The notes under the pieces are model-generated. The model saw only the letters and a program-made list of their open reading frames with translations. It made no database searches and was not told the DNA's origin. A stretch of DNA of 64,000 bases from an uncultured Actinomycetes bacterium (GTDB taxonomy: Bacteria; Actinomycetota; Acidimicrobiia; Acidimicrobiales; RAAP-2): the NCBI GenBank assembly GCA_903924205.1, contig CAIYAP010000006.1, positions 106,567-170,566 on the forward strand. The letters are read 5' to 3'. This document shows, in pieces, positions 56,953 to 64,000 of this stretch. Position 1 is the stretch's first letter. Each line of letters opens with the position of its first letter. The position numbers were made by a program, and so were the translations under genes.

Positions 56953-57779
56953 TGAGCAACTTTGGCGAACGTCTGCGCCAGCAGGTTCTTGACCGTAGTC
57001 CGCTGTGCGTGGGGATTGACCCGTCGACGGCCACCCTTGCCCGCTGGGAGCGCCCCGACAATGTTGATGGTGTGCTGTATGTCGCGTTGACGCTGGTGGA
57101 AGTGGCATCCGCTGTTACGGGTGTGGTGAAACCACAAGTTGCTTTTTTTGAACGCTTTGGATCGGCCGGACTGGCCGCCTTGGAGCGGGTGATTGCGGAA
57201 GCGTCGAACGCGGGCTTGATCGTGATTGCCGATGCCAAACGCGGCGATATCGGGTCAACGAATGATGGGTACGCGCAGGCCTGGCTTTCGCCGCGCTCGC
57301 CCCTATCGAGTGATGCCTTAACGGTGTCGCCGTACCTGGGGGTCGCCGCAATGGAATCTCTTCGTCACGCCTGCGAATCATTTGACCGTGGACTTTTCGT
57401 GGTCGTCGCGAGTTCTAACCCTGAAGGTCAGGCGATCCAAGCTGCTCGTGACGTCGATGGTCAGCGCGTCGATAGTGCGTTGCTGGAGCAGCTGGCTAGC
57501 CTGAATGACGCCACGCCGAGCGTCTTTGGTGCCGTCATTGGTGCCACGCGTCACGCGCCGCAATTCCCCCTGTCACGCCTCGGAGCCCCGTTTCTCGTCC
57601 CGGGGGTCGGTGCACAAGGTGGCACCTCGGACGATGTCGCACACCTCTTTACGGGCGTGCCGACCGGGTCAGTCGTGGTCAACGTGGGCCGGGCCATCAG
57701 CGATGCCGGTCCTGAACGTCGGGCGGTAACAGATGCGGCCCGACGATGGCGCGACGACTTGGTGGCCGCCCTGCTGTAA
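56952..57779 (+). CDS. pyrF: Orotidine 5'-phosphate decarboxylase (type 2)
   Basis: IADAKRGDIGST motif; 275 aa. TGATG junction with pyrD. Confidence 0.9.
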   Translation: MSNFGERLRQQVLDRSPLCVGIDPSTATLARWERPDNVDGVLYVALTLVEVASAVTGVVKPQVAFFERFGSAGLAALERVIAEASNAGLIVIADAKRGDIGSTNDGYAQAWLSPRSPLSSDALTVSPYLGVAAMESLRHACESFDRGLFVVVASSNPEGQAIQAARDVDGQRVDSALLEQLASLNDATPSVFGAVIGATRHAPQFPLSRLGAPFLVPGVGAQGGTSDDVAHLFTGVPTGSVVVNVGRAISDAGPERRAVTDAARRWRDDLVAALL

Positions 57780-57782
57780 ACG

Positions 57783-58133
57783 GTGTCGGTGAGAGTGGCT
57801 AACCTCTGGCGCGTGACTCCGACTCCTCCGCAGTTGTCATCCGAGCAGCGTCAAGCTGCGTCCCAGCTGGCCGTCGCTAATCGACGCCGCCGCGCCGACA
57901 TCAAGCGCGCCTTGAAGTCGGGCGACCTGACCTTGGCGGAAGTGTTCGTCATCGCCGATACGGAGGATTGCGTGGCCCAAATGCGCGCCTCGGACCTCAT
58001 TGCCGCCGTCCCCGCCATCGGGGAAGTGAAGGCCTCACGAATCATGCGCCAGGCGCAGATTGCGGCGACGCGTCGAATCCGCGGGCTGGGCGCACGTCAG
58101 CGCAGCGAGCTCCTCAAGGCCCTTGCCCGCTGA
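57783..58133 (+). CDS. mihF: Actinobacterial integration host factor mIHF
   Basis: QLSSEQRQAA...RRRADIKRALKSG...TRRIRGLGARQRSELLKAL matches the mIHF pattern as I recall it. An alternative GTG start at 57813 gives the family-typical length of about 106 aa. Confidence 0.88.
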   Translation: MSVRVANLWRVTPTPPQLSSEQRQAASQLAVANRRRRADIKRALKSGDLTLAEVFVIADTEDCVAQMRASDLIAAVPAIGEVKASRIMRQAQIAATRRIRGLGARQRSELLKALAR

Positions 58134-58137
58134 CGCC

Positions 58138-58692
58138 TTGACCTTCGTCTTGATCGGCCCCGGTGGAGTCGGCAAGGGGACAGTGGCGAAGCAGCTCGTT
58201 GAGCGCGATTCGTCGCTGTGGCTGTCGCGTTCGTGGACCACTCGAGCCCCTCGCTCCATCGAAACGGGCAAGGAATATCACTTCGTGTCGCGAGAGGAAT
58301 TCGAAGACGCGATTGCGCGAGAAGTCTTCTTGGAGTGGGCGGAGTTTCACGGGAACTTGTACGGAACTCCGAAGCCAGTTGCCCCCGACGGCTGCGACGT
58401 TCTCCTCGAAATCGAGGTCCAGGGTGCCCAGCAGGTTCGTGAGGGTGACCCCGACGCCATCATTTTCTTACTCGCGCCACCGTCGATCGAGGAGCTGGAA
58501 AGTCGCCTTCGAGGTCGAGGGGATGACGACGATCACGTCCATCGTCGGTTGACCAGTTCATCGCACGAATTAGCGGTTGGCCGTGAAATTGCCACCGTGG
58601 AACTGGTTAATGACGACCTTGAGGACGTGATCACGCAAATCACGGCTATTATTGAAGAACTCCGACTGGAAAGGTCTCCCCGTGAGCACTGA
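58138..58692 (+). CDS. gmk: Guanylate kinase
   Basis: P-loop GPGGVGKGT and a SRSWTTRAPR motif. I chose the TTG start at 58138, just after the mihF stop. The upstream ATG at 58060 would overlap mihF by 74 nt. Confidence 0.88.
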   Translation: MTFVLIGPGGVGKGTVAKQLVERDSSLWLSRSWTTRAPRSIETGKEYHFVSREEFEDAIAREVFLEWAEFHGNLYGTPKPVAPDGCDVLLEIEVQGAQQVREGDPDAIIFLLAPPSIEELESRLRGRGDDDDHVHRRLTSSSHELAVGREIATVELVNDDLEDVITQITAIIEELRLERSPREH

Positions 58693-59056
58693 CCGCCCCA
58701 CTCTTGTTGACCCGCCGATTGAGCCGCTACTCGTCGCGGCGGGTGACTCTAAGTTCACCCTCGTCGCGGCCGCCTCGAAGCGCGCCCGCGAAATCAACGA
58801 TTACTGGAATGGCCTCGGCAAGGGCAGCGGTCGTATCGTGCCTCCCCAAGTCGTGTCGCGTTCGAACAAGTCCCTCACCATGGCCCTCGAGGAAATGGCT
58901 GAGGATAAGTTGGCTATTCGTCGTCCGACGGCTGAAGAGCTGGAAGAAGAGCGTGCCGAGCAGGAGCGTCTCGCCGCGGAACTGGCGACGGATGAGTTTG
59001 GCCTCTTGAGCGATGTGCGCCCGAGCGACTCGTTCAATGAGCCCGAAACGCTCTAA
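58682..59056 (+). CDS. rpoZ: RNA polymerase omega subunit
   Basis: SKFTLVAAASKRAREIN core. The GTG at 58682 has a GGAAAGG ribosome-binding site at good spacing. The maximal ORF begins at TTG 58652. Confidence 0.88.
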   Translation: MSTDRPTLVDPPIEPLLVAAGDSKFTLVAAASKRAREINDYWNGLGKGSGRIVPPQVVSRSNKSLTMALEEMAEDKLAIRRPTAEELEEERAEQERLAAELATDEFGLLSDVRPSDSFNEPETL

Positions 59057-60266
59057 CGAACAGCCCTTCGTCGTACTGGGCGTTGCCGGTGGCATTGCCG
59101 CCTACAAGTCCGTCGAACTTCTTCGTCTCCTTCGTCAGGCGGGCGCACATGTTGCCCCCGTACTGACGCCAGACGCCACCCGATTTGTCGGGGCACTCAC
59201 TTTTTCGGCATTGGCCTCGGAGCCCGCTCGCACCACGATCTTCAATGATCTAACGACGCCTATCCCGCACACCTACCTCGGCCAGAACGCCGATGTCATC
59301 GTGATTGCGCCGGCCACCGCTCACGTCATTGCGAGATTGGCTGCCGGCTTGGGGGACGATTTGCTAACGGCCACCGTATGGGCATCTCGCGCACCCGTCA
59401 TTCTCTGTCCCGCCATGCACACGGAGATGTGGGAACAGCCATCGGTTCAAGAAAACTTGTCGCGGCTGCGGGCGCGTGGCTACCTGATTTTGCCACCCGA
59501 TGACGGTGCGCTGGCGGGCGGCGACAGCGGACCGGGACGTTTACCCGACCCCGAGTCGATTGCCAAGTTGGTCATGGCCGTTGCTATTGGTTCACCGGCA
59601 GGTCCATTATCGGGTCACCGCGTGGTCATCACCGCTGGAGGAACTCGAGAAAACATTGATGCGGTGCGGGTGATCACCAACCTCTCGTCGGGTCGACAAG
59701 GACACGCGCTGGCACAGGTGGCGGCTCGCTGGGGTGCCGAGGTGGACCTCATCACCACGTCATCAGCACCGATTGCTCTTGACGTTGCCCGGGTGGTCAA
59801 TGTCATTCGCGTCAGCAGCGCGGCCGACATGCATGAGGCCGTCATGGGACGCCGTGAGGGCGCGTCCGCGGTGATTATGGCGGCCGCGGTGGCTGACTTC
59901 ACGGTGACATCCGTCACGCACAAGATGAAGAAGGCGGAGGGAATTCCCGCCATTGAACTGATTCCCACGGTGGATATCTTGGCGAAGCTCGGTCAGGGTG
60001 ACCGCGGACGGCAAGTTCTCGTGGGCTTCGCCGCGGAAACGACCAACCTCGTGCCGGCGGCCATCGAGAAGTGTCAACGAAAGAACTGCGACTTCGTTGT
60101 TGCGAACAATGTGGCCGATCCCCACGTGGGCTTCGAGCACCCGACTAACGAAGTAACCATCGTTGATGCGGTGGGCGTGGTGGAGGTGGTGGGCCTGCGC
60201 GATAAAGAACAGGTGGCAGTGGCCATTTTGGATAAGGTGGCGAGCAAACTCAGCGGAAGGGCTTAA
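59037..60266 (+). CDS. coaBC: Bifunctional phosphopantothenoylcysteine decarboxylase / phosphopantothenate--cysteine ligase
   Basis: Flavoprotein N-domain (GVAGGIAAYK, CPAMHTEMW) and a C-terminal CoaB domain (ITNLSSGRQG, AAVADF). Confidence 0.93.
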   Translation: MSPKRSNEQPFVVLGVAGGIAAYKSVELLRLLRQAGAHVAPVLTPDATRFVGALTFSALASEPARTTIFNDLTTPIPHTYLGQNADVIVIAPATAHVIARLAAGLGDDLLTATVWASRAPVILCPAMHTEMWEQPSVQENLSRLRARGYLILPPDDGALAGGDSGPGRLPDPESIAKLVMAVAIGSPAGPLSGHRVVITAGGTRENIDAVRVITNLSSGRQGHALAQVAARWGAEVDLITTSSAPIALDVARVVNVIRVSSAADMHEAVMGRREGASAVIMAAAVADFTVTSVTHKMKKAEGIPAIELIPTVDILAKLGQGDRGRQVLVGFAAETTNLVPAAIEKCQRKNCDFVVANNVADPHVGFEHPTNEVTIVDAVGVVEVVGLRDKEQVAVAILDKVASKLSGRA

Positions 60267-61466
60267 GTGAGCAACCGAATTCTCTTCACGTCGGAATCGG
60301 TAACGGAAGGTCATCCGGACAAGATTGCCGACCAGGTATCCGACGCGATTTTGGATGCGCTGTTGGCGCAAGACCCGATGTCGCGCGTGGCCTGCGAAAC
60401 CCTCTTGACGACAGGCCTCTGCGTTATCGCCGGTGAGATCACTACCTCCGCGGTCGTCGACTTCGCGGCGATTGCCCGCAAAACCATTGTGGACATTGGC
60501 TACGACGACGGGGCCAAGGGCTACGACGGCAACAATGCCGGCATCTTGGTGTCCCTCGACAAGCAGAGCCCCGACATTGCGGGCGGTGTTGACTCCGCCC
60601 TCGAGCAGCGCGACGGTTCCGGTGGCGAAGACGCCCTGAACTCGCAAGGTGCGGGGGACCAAGGAATGATGTTCGGCTACGCCACCAACGACAATGACGA
60701 CTTCATGCCGGTACCTGTGTGGCTAGCGCACCGTTTGTCCATGCGTCTCGCACAAGTTCGCCGCAGCGGACTCGTGCCATACCTGCGTCCTGACGGTAAG
60801 ACTCAGGTCACGATCGTCTACGAGGACGGCAAGCCAGTCGCCATTGACACCGTCCTTATTTCGACGCAACACGCGGACGGCTACGACAACGACACGACTA
60901 TTCGTCGCGACCTCATCGAACACGTCATTCAGCCCATGTTGCCGGACTTCCTTGACGCGTCCAATATCAAGATATTTACTAACCCCTCGGGCAAGTTCGT
61001 GCTCGGCGGACCGCACGCCGACACGGGATTGACGGGGCGAAAGATCATCGTCGACACTTACGGCGGCATGGCTCGTCACGGCGGTGGCGCATTCTCGGGC
61101 AAGGACCCCTCGAAAGTCGACCGCTCCGCCGCCTACGCCGCTCGTTGGGTGGCTAAGAACGTGGTGGCCGCTGGCGCGGCTGATCGCTGCGAGGTTCAGG
61201 TGGCGTACGCCATTGGCGTGGCGCGCCCCGTGTCGGTTCTCGTGGAGACCTTTGGCACCGAGCACGTCGACCGCAACAAGATTGCCGCGGCCGTGAATGA
61301 AATCTTTGACCTCCGTCCGGCCGCCATTACGCGCGACCTGGACTTGCGTCGTCCGATTTACCAGAAGACCGCCGCGTATGGCCACTTCGGCCGTTCGGAC
61401 CAAGGTTTCACCTGGGAGCAGACCAACCGCGTTGACGAGCTGCGTCGCGCTCTCAACCTCGGCTAG
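60267..61466 (+). CDS. metK: S-adenosylmethionine synthase
   Basis: [25 protein letters not shown] and [16 protein letters not shown] motifs. GTG start. Confidence 0.98.
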   Translation: MSNRILFTSESVTEGHPDKIADQVSDAILDALLAQDPMSRVACETLLTTGLCVIAGEITTSAVVDFAAIARKTIVDIGYDDGAKGYDGNNAGILVSLDKQSPDIAGGVDSALEQRDGSGGEDALNSQGAGDQGMMFGYATNDNDDFMPVPVWLAHRLSMRLAQVRRSGLVPYLRPDGKTQVTIVYEDGKPVAIDTVLISTQHADGYDNDTTIRRDLIEHVIQPMLPDFLDASNIKIFTNPSGKFVLGGPHADTGLTGRKIIVDTYGGMARHGGGAFSGKDPSKVDRSAAYAARWVAKNVVAAGAADRCEVQVAYAIGVARPVSVLVETFGTEHVDRNKIAAAVNEIFDLRPAAITRDLDLRRPIYQKTAAYGHFGRSDQGFTWEQTNRVDELRRALNLG

Positions 61467-63161
61467 ATGAGCGACGCACCGCGTGCGGTGCGAGTCGTCA
61501 CGGAAGTGGCGGCGGTTGACCGGGAATTTGACTATCTCGTCACCGACGCAACTGCCGGACTGGCGGTCGGCGACCGCGTACGCGTCAATTTGCACGGTCG
61601 CTCTGTTCGCGGATGGGTGGTCGATGATGCACCCGTGGAGCGTGAGCTCAAACCGGTGGTCAAGTTGCTGGGCAAGGGGCCGTCGCCGGCCGTCGTCGAT
61701 CTCGCTCGCTGGGCCGCCGATATCTGGATGGCGCCACTGGCCAAGTTCTTAACGACGGCGACACCGCCGCGAATCTATCGCTCGCTACCCGCCGTTCCCC
61801 CACGGCCGAGGGTGACGATGGTGGCCCCTCGCGAGCCAGGCACGTACCCCTGGGGTGCGGCACATGACCCTCTCGACATCATCGAGTCAGCCTTGATGTT
61901 CGCGGGCGACCGTGACGGATCGGTTCTCCTCTTGGTGCCCACCGATGGATGGGCACAGCGCTTGGTGGAGCGTTGTCGACGCCGAGACTGGCCCGTGGCG
62001 GGCCCCGAGGAGTGGGACAAGCAACGGGCGGGTTGGCCCATCATCGTGGGAACAAGAGGTGACGCGTTCTCGCCAACGCCGCGCCTCGCGGCGGCCGTCA
62101 TCATTGATGCCGATGATGATGCCTACATCTCCCAGTCGGCCCCGACGTGGAACGCCATCTCCGTCGTGGCGGAACGTTGTCGACGTGATGATGCAGCATT
62201 CTTCCTGTTGTCTCCGGTGCCCTCGCCGCACAGCTCCGAGGCGTGTCCGCCCCTTCATCAGGCCGACGATCCGTCGTGGTGGCCGGTGGTGGACATTGTC
62301 GACCGCCGAATGAGCGACCCTCGCGACGGCGTCCTGTCGTCGGAAATCGTGTCGGCGGCCCATCGCTGTTTCGCAGAAGGCAAAACCGTGGTCGTTGTCT
62401 CTCAACGTCTCGGTGCGGGTCGCATCAACGCCTGCAAGGCGTGCGGCGAGCTGGCCACGTGCGAGACCTGCGGACGCCTTGAAGATGAAGTGAGCGAGGG
62501 CCTGAGATGTAGTGCGTGTGAGGTCACTCGGGAATCATTTTGTCGTGCGTGCGGACGGACAGCTTTTCGTCGGGTGCAGCAAGGTGTGTCGACATTGGCT
62601 CGCGACGTGGGGCTCCTTCTCGGTCGCGAGGCTCTCGAGGTGACGGCGGCAACAAGCAACATTGCCGACGGCACCTTGCTCGTCGTTGGCACCGAAGCGG
62701 TGTTTCCTCGCCTTCGTCGCGCCGGGCTCGTGGTGATGGCCGACTTCGACCAGTACTTACTGGCCCCGCGAGAGCGGGCTCGTCGAGACGCGTTGATGGT
62801 GATTGCCAAAGCTGGCCGATTGGTAGGGCCGCGTCGTGACGCTCATGGCCGCGTCATGGTGCAGACGCGTCGAAATGATGATGACGTCCTGCGGGCATTA
62901 CGCACCATGGATGTCCGCGACATCATGGTGGGCGATGCTGACATCGCAGAGATCCTGCAGCTGCCGCCATTCGCGACGATGATCGAAATATCAGGCGACG
63001 GTCGCGCCGAGGTCGCAGATGCCCTTCGAGCGGCGGGATTCTCCGTCAGCGATTCGGCGGACGTCTCCACGGCGCGCGGTGTCGGGCACGAACTTCGCAA
63101 GGCGATTCGCACCCTTGGCCGCGTCGAAAATGTTCGTCTCGCGGTCTCAGACGGCAGATAG
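61467..63161 (+). CDS. priA: Primosomal protein N' (PriA) homologue with degenerate helicase motifs
   Basis: Overall collinearity with PriA as I recall it, including a 4x CxxC zinc-binding region (CKACGELATCETCG...CSACE...CRACG). The Walker A P-loop is absent and DEEH is replaced by DADD. Synteny is metK, priA, def, fmt. Confidence 0.8.
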   Translation: MSDAPRAVRVVTEVAAVDREFDYLVTDATAGLAVGDRVRVNLHGRSVRGWVVDDAPVERELKPVVKLLGKGPSPAVVDLARWAADIWMAPLAKFLTTATPPRIYRSLPAVPPRPRVTMVAPREPGTYPWGAAHDPLDIIESALMFAGDRDGSVLLLVPTDGWAQRLVERCRRRDWPVAGPEEWDKQRAGWPIIVGTRGDAFSPTPRLAAAVIIDADDDAYISQSAPTWNAISVVAERCRRDDAAFFLLSPVPSPHSSEACPPLHQADDPSWWPVVDIVDRRMSDPRDGVLSSEIVSAAHRCFAEGKTVVVVSQRLGAGRINACKACGELATCETCGRLEDEVSEGLRCSACEVTRESFCRACGRTAFRRVQQGVSTLARDVGLLLGREALEVTAATSNIADGTLLVVGTEAVFPRLRRAGLVVMADFDQYLLAPRERARRDALMVIAKAGRLVGPRRDAHGRVMVQTRRNDDDVLRALRTMDVRDIMVGDADIAEILQLPPFATMIEISGDGRAEVADALRAAGFSVSDSADVSTARGVGHELRKAIRTLGRVENVRLAVSDGR

Positions 63162-63170
63162 CCTGAACGC

Positions 63171-63710
63171 ATGAGTACTTTGCCCATTCGCCTCTTTGGT
63201 GACCCCGTTCTCAATGAGATGACAACGGATTACGACAACATCGATGGTGCCGTGGCAGCTTTGGCCGACACCATGATCGAAACGATGTATGCGGCTCCGG
63301 GTGTGGGCTTGGCCGCCAACCAAATCGGTGTGCAGAAGCGTCTCTTCGTCTACGACCAAGGTGAGGGCGACGGACCGCAGGTCATCGTCAACGCGCGCAT
63401 CGTTGAATCCGATGGTGAGTGGACCTACGAAGAAGGGTGCCTCTCTGTTCCCGGCCTGAGCTGGGAAATCACTCGGCCCAATCAGATCCACTTGGTCGGT
63501 CTAGATCTCCATGGCAACGAGATTTCAATCGAAGCCGATGAATTTGAGGGCCGCATCTTCCAACACGAGATGGACCACCTCGATGGCATCTTGTTGGTGG
63601 AACGACTCAACGAGGATCAGCGCAAGAAGGCTAAGAAGTTGCTGCGTGCTCGCGCGGCATCGCTGCCCGCAGCTGACCCTGACGGTTTCGCCCGCCTGCT
63701 CGGGAACTAA
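63171..63710 (+). CDS. def: Peptide deformylase
   Basis: All three motifs are present: GVGLAANQIG, EGCLSVPG and QHEMDHLDG. Confidence 0.97.
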   Translation: MSTLPIRLFGDPVLNEMTTDYDNIDGAVAALADTMIETMYAAPGVGLAANQIGVQKRLFVYDQGEGDGPQVIVNARIVESDGEWTYEEGCLSVPGLSWEITRPNQIHLVGLDLHGNEISIEADEFEGRIFQHEMDHLDGILLVERLNEDQRKKAKKLLRARAASLPAADPDGFARLLGN

Positions 63711-64000
63711 TGCGCCTCGCCTTCCTCGGCACCCCCGAACCGGCGGTGGCGTCGCTACGCGCGCTGGTCGAGGCGGGCCATGAGGTAGTCCTCGTCATTA
63801 CGCGACCCGACAAGCGCCGGGGCCGCGGTAGCGATCTGTCGCCATCTCCCGTGAAAGCTGCCGCGCACGCGCTGGGTCTGAGGGTCGAACACAAGTTGGC
63901 CGCCCTCGGTGAGGTGGATGTCGATTTGGCGGTCGTCGTTGCCTATGGGCGAATCATTCCGGTGGACCTCTTGGCGCGCTGCCCGATGGTCAATGTTCAC
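63710..64000 (+). CDS. fmt: Methionyl-tRNA formyltransferase, N-terminal part (runs off the right edge)
   Basis: MRLAFLGTPEPAV...VVLVITRPDKRRGRG is a typical Fmt N-terminus. TAATG junction with def. The frame is open to base 64000. Confidence 0.88.
   Translation, partial: MRLAFLGTPEPAVASLRALVEAGHEVVLVITRPDKRRGRGSDLSPSPVKAAAHALGLRVEHKLAALGEVDVDLAVVVAYGRIIPVDLLARCPMVNVH

Noticed and set aside
59763-61595. Two long minus-strand ORFs (299 aa and 290 aa) opposite coaBC and metK
   Set aside because: The sense-strand genes carry textbook motifs, and the antisense products are Arg/Gly/His-rich with no motifs. These are artefacts.
1-64000. Search for tRNA, rRNA, tmRNA, transposase, integrase, phage, toxin-antitoxin or defence genes, and for long terminal or inverted repeats
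   Set aside because: Intergenic space is minimal and every long ORF is accounted for by housekeeping families or small hypotheticals. I found no cloverleaf-like sequence, no IS-like inverted repeats and no recombinase motifs by eye. A computational scan with tRNAscan, Infernal and ISfinder would be needed to be definitive.

Overview
This is a GC-rich, very tightly packed stretch of core chromosome, and I found no convincing mobile element, CRISPR array, defence island, tRNA or rRNA. The organism is most likely an actinobacterium. SepF, DivIVA, mIHF, the proteasome activator Bpa and a histone-tailed DksA-like protein are all present. The gene order matches the mycobacterial and streptomycete backbone: dcw cluster, divIVA, lspA, rluD, dnaE, then the aro operon, efp, nusB, the pyr operon, mihF, gmk, rpoZ, coaBC, metK, priA, def and fmt. 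The cta operon layout and the class-1 pyrD suggest a deep-branching, perhaps Acidimicrobiia-like, lineage, but that is inference only.

Contents from left to right:
- (1) A dcw cell-wall and division cluster (ftsL-like fragment, ftsI, murE, mraY, ftsW, murG, murC, murB, ftsQ, ftsZ), followed by yggS, sepF, yggT and divIVA.
- (2) A DksA/TraR zinc-finger protein with a histone-like tail, then lspA, rluD, a convergent sigma-70 factor, bpa and dnaE.
- (3) A short block of uncharacterised or redox genes: two hypotheticals, a DUF255 thioredoxin-domain protein, a VOC protein and an SDR.
- (4) A menaquinone cluster (menE, menB, menA, menH, menD) interrupted by an SRPBCC protein and a cytoplasmic Cys-type sulfatase, then ccdA and tyrS.
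- (5) Small hypotheticals, a Cys-rich protein and an NfuA-like Fe-S carrier.
- (6) aroC, aroK, aroB, aroQ, efp and nusB.
- (7) A copper and oxidase module: an SCO1 fusion, a CtaG-like protein, a CuA-like cupredoxin paralogue, then ctaC, ctaD and ctaE.
- (8) pyrR, pyrB, pyrC, carA, carB, pyrD, pyrF, then mihF, gmk, rpoZ, coaBC, metK, priA, def and a partial fmt.

Many neighbouring genes share ATGA, GTGA or TGATG overlaps, and convergent pairs share 4-nt stop/stop overlaps.

Nothing here amounts to a clear new system. The observations most worth following up are:
- a CoxB-like cupredoxin with a degenerate CuA site directly upstream of ctaC;
- a PriA lacking Walker A and the DEEH box;
- an LspA in which one catalytic Asp is replaced by Ser;
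- the histone-tail/DksA fusion, which carries perfect 33-bp tandem repeats;
- a sulfatase plus SRPBCC pair inside the men cluster;
- a dcw cluster that lacks murF and murD.
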